Positions 25,071 to 37,871 of a stretch of 58,058 bases of DNA are shown here, piece by piece. Source of the stretch: Chiloscyllium plagiosum (lineage: Eukaryota); the NCBI RefSeq assembly GCF_004010195.1, contig NC_057755.1, forward strand, positions 6,665,210-6,723,267. The letters run 5' to 3'. The translations under genes were made by a program, and so were the position numbers. The notes beneath the pieces were generated by a model. It had not been told where the DNA came from and ran no database searches. It saw nothing but the letters and a program-made list of their open reading frames with translations. Each line of letters opens with the position of its first letter. Positions within the stretch are counted from its first letter, which is position 1.

Positions 25071-25504
25071 GGGTTGTGACCACCTCATCAGCTTCACATC
25101 CTTTCAAATGTACGGTAGCTGTAATTGAATACTATATTCCAGCTGAGACAGAAGTAGTGCCATGCATCCCATGACCATAAAATGCTTGCAATTGTCCTCT
25201 GTGCCCATAACAATTAACTGCGGTGACTTACAAATCACTCTCTCGACCTACCCCGGCAATTTCGGTGACATTACATCAGAATGGTGCTGGAAAAGTCCTC
25301 ACTTTTGCCAAATGTCAGTGACATGTCCACCCAATTTCCTCTTTATCAGCATTTCAGGACAATACATTACTGAAACATTAATGGCTACGTGGTAAATTAG
25401 TCAATTTGTTTTGTAATATTCTTCACTGCTTGTTTTAATTCGAGATTTTCATGTAAAAAAAATAATTAAACAGTGCAAGAGGGCTGAGTGCATCAGGTTA
25501 TGGT

Positions 25505-25596
25505 CGAGAGTGCGGTGCTGGAAAGGCACAGCAGATCAGGTAGCATCCGAGGAACATGAAAATCGACGTTTTGGGCAAAAGCCTTTCAACATGAGG
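25505..25596 (-). mobile_element. Penelope terminal-repeat fragment with a degenerate hammerhead
   Basis: Reverse complement reads catgttgaaaggcttttgcccaaaacgtcgatttt, with both core motifs mutated. Confidence 0.75.
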
Positions 25597-26334
25597 TTAT
25601 GGATATGGATAAAAGAATACGTACAGAATGGATACTACTTTTGCCAATGCATGAGAATTGACGCTGTTACGATGAGTGTTCGGTAATGTGGTAATGGAGG
25701 TTTGGGCAGTTAAATGTTCCTCCTGCAGGATGTGGCTCATGTCCCTGCTGATTTCATCTGCAGTAAGTGTACCCATTCCAAGCTCCTCGAAAACCACATT
25801 AGGGAACTGGATCTGGAGTGTGATGATCATTGGATTATTCAGGAGGCAGAGGGGTTTATATAAGAGAGTTTACAGGGAGGTAGTCACACCTGAGGTACGA
25901 GAAGAAATTTAGATGGGTTACCGTCAGGGGACGGAAAGGGAGCCGGCAGTTAGTGCAGGGATCACCTTTGGCCGTTTCCCTCAAGAACAAGTACACAATT
26001 TTGGATACTGTTGAGGGTGACATCTTGCCAGGGGTAAGCAATGGGGCACAGGTCTCTGGCATGGAATCTGTCATTGTTGCTCAGAAGTGAAGTTTGAAAA
26101 GGAGCACAGCATTTGTTGCTGGGAACTCCACAGTTAGGGGGACAAACAGGAAGTACTATGGGAACGAGAGAAACTTACAGTTGGTGTGTTGCTTCCCATT
26201 TTCTAGGGTGTGTGATGCATCTGATCGTGTTTTTGGGATCCTTGAGAAGGAGGGGAGCACAAGTCGTGGTCCACAGGAATCAGCAACACAGGGATGAAGA
26301 GAAACGGGGATTGAAGGCTGAAATTCAGGGATTC

Positions 26335-26649
26335 GATTAGATTAGATTACTTACAGTGTGGAAACAGGCCCTTCGGCCCAACAAGTCCACACCGACCCGC
26401 CGAAGCGCAACCCACCCATACCCCTGCATTTACCCCTTTAACCTAACACTACGGGCAATTTAGCATGGCCAATTCACCTGACCCGCACATCTTTGGACTG
26501 TGGGAGAAAACTGGAGCACCCGGAGGAAACCCACGCAGACATGGGGAGAATGTGCAAACTCCACACAGTCAGTCGCTGAGTCAGGAATTGAACCCGGGTC
26601 TCTGGTGCTGTGAGGCAGCAGTGCTAACCACTGTGCCACCGTGCCGCCC
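26335..26649 (-). mobile_element. Full-length HE1-type V-SINE
   Basis: Minus-strand head GGGCGGCACGGTGGCACAGTGGTTAGC (A box), GGTTCAATTCC (B box), V-domain TGTGTGGAGTTTGCACATTCTCCCC, CR1-like 3' end and (GATTA)n tail. Confidence 0.92.
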
Positions 26650-28297
26650 ACAAATCTAGGATCTAGGGTGGAAGCTTATTACTCAGACAAAGACAGCTGT
26701 TTTCTCCGTGTTGTTGCCCGTACCATGTGCTAGCGAGGCAATGAACAGGGAGAGAGAGAGAGAGAGAAGTTGAACACGTGACTGCAGAAAAGGTGCAGGA
26801 AGGAGGATTTTGCACGTTGGATAATTGGGATGCTTTCTGGGATAGGTGGGACCTCTAACAAAGGTATGGTCTTCACCTGAACCAGAGCGCTTACCTGGGG
26901 TGCAGGGAGGAATTTTCTAATCCTCTCCAGGTCGGTTTAAATGAGTTCAGCAGGGGAATGGGATCCCAAATTGTAGGACGCAAAAACAGGTGGTTGAAAG
27001 TAGTGAAGTCCGAAATAAGTTGTCAAGGTCACAAGAGGGCATTGGCAATGAAGAAGCTGGTTTGAAGTGTGTCTACTTCAATGCCAGGAGCATCTGGAAT
27101 AAGGTGGAGAACATTCAGCATGGGTTGGTACCTGGGATTTCGACGTTGTGGCCGTTTCGGAGACTTGGGTAGAGCAGAGGCAGGAATTGTTGTTGCAGGT
27201 TTTGGAATTTTGATGTTTCAGTAAGAACAGCGAAGATGATAATAGAAGGGAGGGTGTGTGTGCATTGTTACTCAAGGGAAGTGTTACATTTGAAGAAAGT
27301 ACATTTGAGGGCTAGTCTATTGAGGTAGTATGGGCTGAGGTTAGAAATAGGAAAGGAGAGGTCACCCGGTTGGGAGTTTTCTATTAGCCTCTGAGAAGTT
27401 CCAGAGATGTGGAGGAAAGGATAGCAAAGACGATTCTAAGTAGGAGCGATAGTGACATGGCAGTTATTACAGGGGCTTAAACATTCCAAATATTGACTGG
27501 TAATACGATAGTTCAAGTACTTTAGATCGGTCAGTTTTTGTCCAATGTGTGCAGGAGGGATTCTTGACACAGTGTGCAGAGAGATCAACAAGGGGCGAGG
27601 GCATATCAGATTTGGCTCTGGGTAATAAACCCGGCCAGGTGTTAGATTTGGATGTAGGTGAACTCTTTGGCGTTTGTGACCACAATTTGGTTATGCTTAC
27701 TTGAGTGATGGAAAGGGTTAGTTATATATCACAGGCAAGAGATATAGCTGGGGGAAAGGCAATTACAAAGCCATTCGGCAAGATTCAGGATGCAAAAGAT
27801 GGGAAGGAAACTGAAGGGGACGGGCACAATTGAAGTGTGGGGCTTATTCAAGGAACAGCTACTGCGTGTCCTTGATAAGTATGTGTCTGTCAGGCAGAGA
27901 GGAAGTGGTCAAGTGCGGTAACCATGGTTTACTAAAAAGTTGAATTTCTAGTTAAGTGAAAATGAAGGCTTATGTTAGGATGAGATGCGAAGGCTCAGTT
28001 AGAGTGCTTGAGAGTTACAGGTTAGCCAGAAAAGAGCTAAAGAAAGCACTAAGAAGAGCTAGGAAGGGCGATGACAAGCCATTGCGGATAGGATCAAGGA
28101 AAACCCAAAGGCTTACTATCAGGAATAAACAAATGACAGGAGTAAGATTAGGACCGATCAAGGATAGTAGTGGGAAGATGTGTGTTGAGACAGAGGAGAA
28201 AGAGAAACCGCTTAAAAAATTTCATCAGTATTCACAACAGAAAAATAAAATGTTGTCGAAGAGAATACTGAGATACAGTCTACTAAACTAGATGGGG

Positions 28298-29871
28298 ACG
28301 TCAAGATTAGAGTATTGTTAGAAAAGCACAGCAGGTCAGGCAGCATCTGAGGAGCAGGAAAATCGACGTTTGGGGAAAATGCCCTTCATCAGGGATGAGG
28401 CTGGTAGCCTCAGTGGTGGAGAGATAAATGTGGCTGGGGTGAAGATAGCTGAGAGTACAATCGTTGGATGGAGATTGCGTAAAGGTAATAGGTCGGAGAG
28501 AAGGGTGGAGTGGATAGGTGGGAAGGAAGATTGACAGGTGAAGCGGGTCAGGTACGTTGCTGAGCTGGAAAGTAGAATTGGAGTAAGTTGTGGGGAGGGG
28601 AAATGAGGAAACTGGTGAAGTCCACTTTGATGCCCTATGGTTTAAGGGTTCCGAGGCCGAAGATGAGGCGTTATTCGTTCCAGGCATCGCGTGATAAGGC
28701 AATGGTGATGGAGGAGGCCTAGGATCTTCGTGTCTTCTGTATGTGAAATGTTCGGCCACGGGGCAGTGGGATTGATTGGTGTGGATGTCCCTGATATGTT
28801 CTCTGAAGTGCTCTTCGAGTAAGCGTCCATTCTCCCCAAGGTCGGCAGACAGTATTGGGAGCAACAGATACACTAAAGGACACGTGTGGAGGTGCAGGTG
28901 AAACTTTGATGGATGTGGAAGGCTCCTTTGGGGCCTTGGAAGGAGATGAGGTGGGAGGTGTGGGCACCGGTTTATCAATTCCTGTGGTGACAGGGGAAGG
29001 TGTTGGGAGGGGAGGGTGAGATGTTAAGGGGCGTGGACTTGACCAGGTATATGTGGATGAAACAGTCTTTATGGAAAGGGTATAGAAGTGGGGAGGGAAA
29101 TATATCACTGGTGGTGGGTTCCATTTGAAGATGGGAAACTTTTGATGGATGATGCAATGAATACAAAAGTTGGTGGGGTGGAAGTTCAGGACCAGGGGGG
29201 TTCTGTTTTGTTGTGGTTGGAGTTGTGGGGTTCGAGGGCAGAGGTGCAGGACGTGGATAACATGCGTTGGAGGGCATCCTCAACCCTGTAAGAGGGGAAA
29301 ATGGTGGCTTAAAAGTATTGGATGTGTTCTGTCGTGAAACTGGTCCCCCTGGGAGTAGACAAGGCAGAGGCAGAGGAATTGGGAATGGGGATAGTATTTT
29401 TGCAGGACGTAATGTGGGAGGAAGTGTAATCGAGGTAGCTGTGGGAGTCAGTGGGTTTATAGAAAATGTCAATGCTGAGTTGGTCACCATTGATGGAGAT
29501 GGAGATGTTCAAGAAAGGGAGAGAGGTGACAGATATGGTCCAGGTGAATCGAAGGTCGGGGTGGAATGTGCTGTTGAAGTTGATGAACTGTTCAACCTCC
29601 TCGTGGGAGCCTGAGGTGGCACCAATGCAGTCATCAATGTAGCAGAGGAAAAGGTGGGGAGTGGTGACGCTGCAATTCTGGTAGATGGGCTGTTCCATGT
29701 AGCTGACAAAGAGACAGGCATAGCTGGGCCCATGTGAGTGCCCATGGCTGCATCTTTCGTCTGGAGGTAGTGGCATGATTCGAAGGAGAAATTCTTGAGG
29801 GCGAGAACCAATTCAGCCAAACGAATAAGAGTGGCAGTGGAAGGATACTGGTGGGGACGTCGGGCGAGGAA
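28298..29871 (-). mobile_element. Penelope-like retroelement, 5'-truncated and frameshifted
   Basis: RT motifs AMGTHMGP / GPSYACLFVSYME / LCYIDDCI / LPFLNISI / IFYKPTDSHSYL; GIY-YIG-like GENGRLLEEHFREH...VAEHF; terminal repeat with a hammerhead relic at ~28360-28397. Confidence 0.9.
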
Positions 29872-31096
29872 GCTATTTTATGTAGCCGAAAAATGGTTAC
29901 ATGGGATTGAGGTTCACAAGGAGGAGGTGTTAGTAATTCTGTAAAGTGTGAAAATAAATAAGTCACCTGGGCCAGTTGGAATTTAAACTACAATTCTCTG
30001 GGAAGCCATGGAGGGGATTCCCGAGGCTTTGGTTTTGATTTATGTGTCAGCGTTGTCTGCAGGAATAGTGCCAGAAGATGGGAAGTTTGGAAATGTTGTC
30101 CACTTGTTCAAGAACGGGAGTAAACAGAATCCTAGTAATTATAGACCAGTGAGCCTTACTTCGGTTGTAGGATAAGTGTTGAAAAAAGTTATCAGAGATA
30201 GGACTTCTAATTAACTAGAAAGAGTTAAGCTGATTAGGGATTGTCAAAAGGATTTTATGAAGGGTAGGTCGTGCCTCACAAACCTTATTGAGTGCATTTA
30301 GAATGAGACCAAACAGGTGGATGAAGGTAAAGCTGTTTATTTGGTGTATATGGATTTCAGTAAGGCGTTTGTTACGTTTCCCCATGGTAGGCTATTGCAC
30401 AAAATACGGAGGCATGGTATTGGGAGTGACTTAGCGGTTTGGATCAGAAGTTGGCTCGCTGAAACAAGACAGAGGGTGGTGGTTGATGGGAAATGTTCAT
30501 CCTGGAGCTCTGTTACGAGTGGCGCACTGTACTGATTTATTTTGGGTCCACTACTGTTTGCCATTTTTATAAATGACCTGGATTAGGGTGGAGAAGGCTG
30601 GTTTATTAAATTTGCGGATTACACTGAGGTCGGTGGAGCTTTGGATAGTGCAGAAGGGTGTTGTAAGTTAGAGAGGGAAATGCATAAACTGCAGAGTTTG
30701 GCTGAGACGTGGCAAATGGAGGTTAATGCGGAAAAGTGTGAGGTGATTCACTTGGGAAGGAGCAACAGGAAAACAGGGTATTGGGCTAACGGTTAGATTC
30801 TTGCTGGTGTAGATAAGCAGAGGGATCTCGGTGTGCATGTAATAGATCCCTGAAAGTTGCCACTCAATTTGTTCGGTTTGTTAAGAAGGCATACTGTTAT
30901 TAGCTTTTATTGGTAGAGGAATTGAGTTTAGGAACCACGAGGTCATGTTGCAGCTGTACAAAACTCTGGTGCGGCCACACTTGGAGCATTGCGTACAATT
31001 CTGGTCACCTCATTCTTGGAAGGATGCGGAAGCTTTGGAAAGGGGTCAGAGTCGATTTATGAAGATGTTGCTTGATATGGAGCGAAGGTCGAATGA

Positions 31097-31613
31097 GAAC
31101 ATAGAACATAGAACATTACAGCGCAGTACAGGTCCTTCAGCCCTCGACGTTGCGCCGACCTGTCATACCAATCTGAAGCCCATTTAACCTACACTATTCC
31201 ATGTACGTCCATATGCTTGTCCAATGACGACTTAAATGTACTTAAAGTTTGCGAATCTACTACCATTGCAGGCAAAACATTCCATGCCCTTACTACTCTC
31301 CGAGTAAAGAAACTACCTCTGACATCTGTCCTTTCTCTGTCACCCCTCAATTTAAAGCTATGCCCCCTCGTGCTTGCCGTTACCATACATGGAAAAAAGC
31401 TCTCCCTGTCCACCCTATCTAACCCTTTGATTATCTTATATGTCTCTATTAAGTCACATCTCAACCTTCTTCTCTCGAACGAAAACAGCCTCAAGTCCCT
31501 CAGCCTTTCCTGGTAAGACCTACCCTCCATAGGTCCTAGTAAATCTCCTCTGCACCCTTTCTAAAGCTTCTACATCCTTCTTATAATGCGGTGACCAGAA
31601 CTGAACAAAATAC
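31097..31613 (-). mobile_element. Younger CR1 3' end nested antisense in the host CR1
   Basis: MEGRSYQERLRDLRLFSFERRRLRCDLIETYKII...; (ATAGAAC)n tail; same subfamily as the 21816 element. Confidence 0.92.
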
Positions 31614-33077
31614 AGGAAAGGCTCGGATACTTGAAGCTGTTTCTGTTAGAGGGAAGGTTGAGAGGCGACTTAATTGAGACATATAAGATAATCAGAGAGT
31701 TACATAGGGTGGGTAGTGAGTGCCCTTTTTCTTCAGATGGTGATGGCTAGTCGAAAGGGCAGAGCTTTAAATTGAGGGATGGCAGATACAGGACAGATGT
31801 CAGAGATAGTTTGTTCCCTCAGAGAGTAGTCGGAGCATGGAATGAACGACCTGCATCAGTGGTAATAGACTCTCCAATATTAACTGTATTTAAATGATCA
31901 TTGGATAGAAATATGAACGAAAATGGAATAGTGTAGGTTAGATAGGTTTCTGATTGGTTTCACAGGTCGGAGTAACATTGAGGCTGAAGGGCCTGTACAG
32001 CGCTGTAATGTTCTATGTTCTATGTAGTATAATCAAAATAATGCAGCATTTACAGGAGGTAAAGCAAACGGACAAGGAAAGGTATATTCAAAATTCGTAG
32101 CATTCAAGAATCTGTTGATACTACTTTTAGGAAAGGTAAAATGAAACAACTTTGATAGTCGGCACTTTGAAACAGAAAGATATGATGATAATGCTCAGCC
32201 ATCTCCCATTAGGAGGGGAATAAGGATTGTTTATAATTTTGGGCAACCCGACTGATATATGACGTCAAAGATGCGTCAGTGAAGTCGGTCAGTGAGTTAC
32301 TTAATATATCAAAGATCAAGGCAAGGTGGGAAATGAATAAACGATTAACATAAGACCTAATGCAAGTATTGAAAATGATGAGGATTTTTGATGAGCAATT
32401 ATTTTTGCTGACATTTTAGAACACAAAAACGAAAACGATTGAAATTAGATGATTTTAAAACACTGTTTTCCCAGTAGACACGAGGCGACAGATGATATTT
32501 TAACCTGAAGTTCACCTTGTCTCAGATGAGAGGAGCGGGTCTAAAGGAGAGTCCTTCATGGTAACCTCAGTCAAACACACTGTTCACATCACTCAGCAGG
32601 CACAAACCAAACGCCTCCTCTGTAAATTTAGGTGAATTCAATTCACTTCAGGTTCACCCTCCACATTTGTATCCCGTTGCTACCTGTTAATTTATTTTAT
32701 CTTTGAAACTATTCTGTTGCGTTGGTTCTGTTGATAGAATGATTTCTAACAGGGAGTCACAATGGGAGATTATACTGACACTTGGGCACTGGAATGAATT
32801 GTATCATACCCGATTAATTACTTTTCCTCTTCAATCAGGAGAATGACTGGTAAATTTCCCACCACGGTCGTATGTAGCAAATAATGGAAAATGAAATATT
32901 TGAACATTTTATATTACCTGGTAGTATTTGCATTGCAAGTCACAACACCTTCTCTACGACTAGCTTCATCATTTTAACAACAAGATCTCTCTCAGATCAG
33001 GCTTAACTTTTTTAATTTCTATAGTAATTAATCTCTCGCTAGGTGGAACCACCAAATCATTTTCCACCCACTGAGAG

Positions 33078-33560
33078 AGTTATAGAGCTGGACAGCATGG
33101 AACTATTCGTTTCGGTCCAGGACATCCATGCTGACCAGATATTATAAATAAAAAAATCAATTTGCCAGCACTTGGCATATATCCCTTTAAAGTATTTCTT
33201 TTTATATTCCCAATCCAGTTGCCTTTCAAATGTTTTACTGCACCAGCCTCCACCACTTCCTCTGGCAGCTCATTCCATACATGCTCTACCCTCTGCATGA
33301 AAAGTCCCTGCCGCTTAAGTCCCTTTTAAATTTTCCCCCTCTTCACCCTAAATCTGTGCCCTCTAGTTTTGGACTCTGCTAACCTGGGGAAATGACCTTA
33401 GCTATTCACATGATTTATGACCCTCATGATTTTATAAATCTCTATAATTTCAGCCTTCAACCTCCAATACTCGAGGAAGCATGTCCCATTCTATTCATCC
33501 TCTCCCTGCAGCTCAAAACCTCCAACCTGAGCAATACGCCCATGCATCTCTTCTTAGTTT
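33078..33560 (-). mobile_element. Decayed CR1 3' fragment
   Basis: QRVEHVWNELPEEVVEAG. Confidence 0.8.
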
Positions 33561-34588
33561 TCCAATAGCAGGCTTGAAAGAATATACATTTGATCCTTAA
33601 AACTGAGATTCTATTTTCTGTACCTCTGCTTTCTTGTTATTGAAGTCGAGGCCAGAGCCTGAATTAATATTTGGGTTGCATGTGCTGCTGAAGTATTATG
33701 CCTGTTAAAGATACACCAGAAAGTTCAGTTTGTGCTGTGATTTTCCAACTTATTATCAACGTATTTAAGGTTCAGAGAGTAGGATCGTAGTTCTAAGAAT
33801 CAAATGAATGTTCTTTGGATCCTGCAGAATGTTTTCTCCATGTATCTGCATCATCTGAAACCAAGAAAGCAACAATCTCCTGTGACAATGATGATCCAGA
33901 TTGTAGAAACAGCGTAAGCAAGGTGACCATTTAATCGCATCTAGTGTGTTTTTCTTTTTCAGTTATTCCTTAATATTCCCACTTGTCTGTCTGTCTTGGT
34001 GTTAGAGTACCGGCTATAATTAAGGAATGTTGGGGTTAAAAAGAAACCATTAGTTAGATCATTTTGCTGCTGAAAATTGCTCTGCTTAGGTTAATATATT
34101 GGTAACGAATTGTTTAGCCTTTTGTTTGAGGGATAGACTTCATATATGGTATTGATTATTCAAAAAGTCTAATGCTGGTGATTCAAAGAATATGTTTGGG
34201 AACCATTGGCATCACTTTTGTGAGACACTGAGCATTTTAATTTTCCTGCATAGTAAATACAAGTACCTGTATAGCGAAACTGATTTGATTTGGCTGTCAG
34301 GCTTTGTATCTGAGCAAATGCAACCTGTTCTAAGGACAACTTCCATAATGAATTTTCAATAAATTGAAAGCAATTCACTGGAAGATGCTGGAAACAAGCC
34401 AAAATATCAGTCACTCCATTCTGAGTATTCAGGGATTTGTTATCCAACTATGAACTTTCCATTACTCATATGAGAAAAAACATTGCATGGAATTCTGTGT
34501 CGTAAACGTCTCCACATTTCATCCCAAAAGTTGTAGACTTTTGTTATAATTGATTCCCTTTTATGATTTTCATTCATTTAACTCACAG

Positions 34589-35598
34589 CAAACCTGATGA
34601 CAATGATAATTCTCTCCATGGGAAATTGCAGCCTTTCCAATTGTACCTCTGCCTACATGGTGGCCATGACAACAGCAGTTTTACTGGTCTTGATCTTAAA
34701 CATAACTGTGTTTCATATTGTCAGTGATCACTTTCCACATTCGGACCTTTCTTACACTGGGTTTTGTAAGTTCCTTAATTATACGAGCTCAACCAACCTG
34801 TTCTTTTCAGTGTGGTCCACAGTCTTGTTCACATTTGATCGATATGTAGCTATATGTTGTGAGAGGCTGAAAAGAAAATATTGCAGAGCGAGGACAGCGT
34901 CTGCAGTTATAATGATCACCACTGCCCTGGTTTGCCTGGAGAACATACCCTTTTTATTTGCATTTGAACCTCAAAAAGTAACTGTTCATTTACAGTAGGG
35001 TTGTCACAATAAGTTGAACTTCTTCACTTCGCCATTAGGTTTAGCATTCTCCCAGTTGCAAACTGCTTTTGTTGTTTGGCTTCCGTTATCTTTACTGTTC
35101 ATATTTAATTGTTTGATCATCAGACGTATTGTAGTCGCCAATAGATCTCGCAGAGCTGTCTGGGGACGAAATACTGGGAGTCAAGAGACCCAGAGATGGA
35201 AAGTCGAAAAAGGTCCATGATTTTATTCTTCACTATATCCGGAAGTTTTATTCTTCTCTGGCTGACAGCTGCTGTGAGCTTTTTATGTACGAGGATTACA
35301 AATACTACACACTATCGTGGTGATTACACAGCTCCTGCCTACATTGCCACTGAAGCGGGCTACCTGCTCATGTATTTGAGTTCATGCAGTAACGTGTGTA
35401 TTTGTACAGCCACACAAAGGAAATTCAGGGAAGAACTTTCGGAGGCAGAGGAATACAAAGGAGCTGGAGGTAGTGTTTACTTCCTGTTAAACATTCGTCG
35501 ACTGACCAAACCCAGAATTAATGGCCAAGGAAGTGATGACATTCCCTTGGCCATTAATTCTGGGTTTGGTCAGTCGACGAACGTTTAACAGGAAGTAA
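34589..35598 (+). pseudogene. GPR139/GPR142-like class A GPCR pseudogene, main exon (end of TM1 to C-terminus)
   Basis: Acceptor ...aactcacag at 34588. Protein motifs: NLMTMIILSMGNC...YMVAM, SVWSTVLFTFDRYVAICC, ENIPFLF, DPEMESRKRSMILFFTISGSFILLW, TQRKFREEL. Lesions: TAG at 34996-34998, a frameshift near 35170-35190, and an 88-bp insertion at 35439-35526. The upstream exon was not located. Confidence 0.88.
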
Positions 35599-35643
35599 AC
35601 ACTACCTCCAGCTCCTTTGTATTCCTCTGCCTCCGAAAGTTCT
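35432..35643. repeat. Near-perfect inverted repeat: 99-bp arms, 14-nt loop, one mismatch
   Basis: 35432-35530 is the reverse complement of 35545-35643 except at position 35493. Confidence 0.97.
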
Positions 35644-36923
35644 AATGAGCAGAAGTAAAGTCCCTTACACTTTACTTTCTCTATGTCCAAACTGGATACT
35701 TCAAGAAAGAGTGAGAAGTGTTCAGTTATATACCATTTCTCACGAATGATGTTTTGTCAGTTACTCGTATCAATGAAATAAAACAAGTCAAATTTGTTAC
35801 ATTATGTGGGCACCATTCAAATCGTCTTGAAATGAATTGGGTGGATTCTACTCTAATAAATCCAGATCCTCTCTTCTCATCTCAGTTCATTGCTCTTTCC
35901 AGCTGACGCGTCCATCTCAAACCCGCCCTCTCTGCAGCCACACTGAATCTCAGAGTCATCTCAATCAATGTGGGAGTAGCTGATGATCCCGTGGAACTAT
36001 AGCGCCTTAGGGATTATAGGGATTTTTGTGAATGAGTGCATGAGGCTGGGAATGATGCAGATGAATTTTCTTTAATGGAGCAGAGTATAATAAAGATAAA
36101 CATGATTGCCACAGACGATTCCATCTGAAATTTAATAATTGCAGGAATTATGCTTCTAGCAGCAAATTATGTGTACTGTCATGTAAAGATAATTTGAATG
36201 GTGCTCACACACTGGAACACGAGCAGAATAGATTGCTGAAACATTCCGCAAACAGATGTGGGGACTATTTAGTCACAACTATTCGTTGGAGTGTACTCTG
36301 TTAGCTTTCTCCTGGCATCGCAAGTTATGAATGCTCAGCCTGCCTCAATAAAAGTGACTCATGGGCTGTATAAATGTGAGGTTTGCGATGGCCCATTGTT
36401 CCTAGTAGTAAGTTTCATGCATTACAGCCCTTGAGTGTTCAGAGTCGGCAGTATACAAGTGGCATGAAAATGACCCGAGTTTGCAAAAGTGAGGACATAA
36501 CTCGAAGTCATAGGATATTCTGTAATTGAATAGCTCTGAAGGAACAATGCCAAGTATGCCATATATTATATTAATTTCAGATTTATGGTTCTCTGGAAAC
36601 CAGTCAATGTGACCAATTGTTCTTGCTGGAATCTTTTCAAACATAAACATCCTCTCTGCAAATAAAAATGAAGATGTCCATCCTGGCAATATTGTGCCAT
36701 CACGAAAAGAACATTGGATGGTAGATTTCATTGGGACTCTCCATGGTAATACATGAACCATGCAGATCACAATTTTCAGTTTGGCAGCGACACGTTCCAA
36801 TGTTGTCAGGCGAAGGCACAGTGGTGTTAAACTGTTTATCTCGTCCCCAAGGGACTCTTCTGGGAATTTGAATCAAAATCACACTGCAACAAATGGTGGA
36901 AAAGAATTCAATGACAAATGTGG

Positions 36924-37740
36924 CGTTACGATGTGGGATGCGAAAACCTCTGTTTATTAAAACCAAACAAACAGAAAAGCTCCCCTCACTTGTAATCTGT
37001 AAAAAATGTGAGTGAGAGAGAACTCCCAATTTCCACTATTTGAAGAAAGAAAAGTTGCAATTTAATTTCCTGTCTCTAACAGTGAACACTGAACAGTACT
37101 ATGAACAATTCCAAGCCCCTTTGTTCTTAGCAAATTAATATCTGACACCAACTCTATAAAAAATGCTTTTATAACGACACACTTATTAAACATCATATTG
37201 ACTTAATCTCAAATCCGCACAGTGTCGGTATTTCCCACCCATTTCAATCTTCCATATGCAGATCTCCCTGGGTCGTCTTCTTTGTTGTTACAGTGAATAT
37301 GTCTTGCAAGAAAATGTAACTTTGGTAGAGTGGTTTCGAATTTCTTTGAGAGCAGGATGTTCGATAGGCAGTTAGCTCTCCGCCTATACAGCAGTTGCTT
37401 TAGTGATCAATAGCAATTGTTCTCTGATTATTTCTAAAATACCTGCATTATTTATACCACCCAAACATTGTCTCATCTCATTGGCCCGATGTTGTCAAAA
37501 CAATGGATTGAAACTCGATTGGGTTTTGGTATCCTGGGCTTAATTTAAACTAATTCATTAAATCCGAAATGATGTCAAAACAGCAGCCAAACCGAGGTAT
37601 CCATTTCACAGCCATTTGCTACATGTTCTATTTTTGAACACTCGGTCTCATAGTCAGTCCATTCAGGCAGCTGACCTGCACTTTCAGTTTACTTCAATAC
37701 TCAGAAAACACTGTACTTTGAAGTGAACATACATTCATTC
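36924..37740. mobile_element. Possible decayed solo LTR
   Basis: Begins (c)gttacga, similar in style to the 49166 element; the right boundary and TSD are unresolved. Confidence 0.35.
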
Positions 37741-37871
37741 GATTTTGTTTGACTGTAATTAACAGTATAAAGGGGACCTGCAGCTGTTGTTGAGTGACTG
37801 GAAAAACTTCTGAGAAACAAAATGTCTGTTTCCCGAATGCCCTTTAATGAGTGAAAATTGTTGTTCTTACC

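Larger units (their letters stand above)
25670..32025 (+). mobile_element. Near full-length decayed CR1 LINE (ORF1 zinc-finger/esterase-like + ORF2), with three nested insertions
   Basis: ORF1-like MEVWAVKCSSCRMW and FVAGNSTVRG; ORF2 LKCVYFNARSIWNK, VYMDFSKAF, LYKTLVRPHLEHCVQFWSP; (TGTTCTA)n tail. Confidence 0.92.

Noticed and set aside
26575..26649. tRNA-like A and B boxes
   Set aside because: This is the head of the V-SINE, not a tRNA gene.
32884..32926. Possible GPCR exon 1 (MENEIFEHFILP followed by g/gtagta)
   Set aside because: The intron phase would fit, but the donor is weak and there is no convincing TM1 similarity.
35487..35690. Minus-strand ORF nearly identical to the GPCR ORF tail
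   Set aside because: A by-product of the palindrome, not a second gene.
36402..37029. 132-aa and 109-aa minus-strand ORFs
   Set aside because: No recognisable domain, and they overlap decayed SINE/LTR-like sequence.
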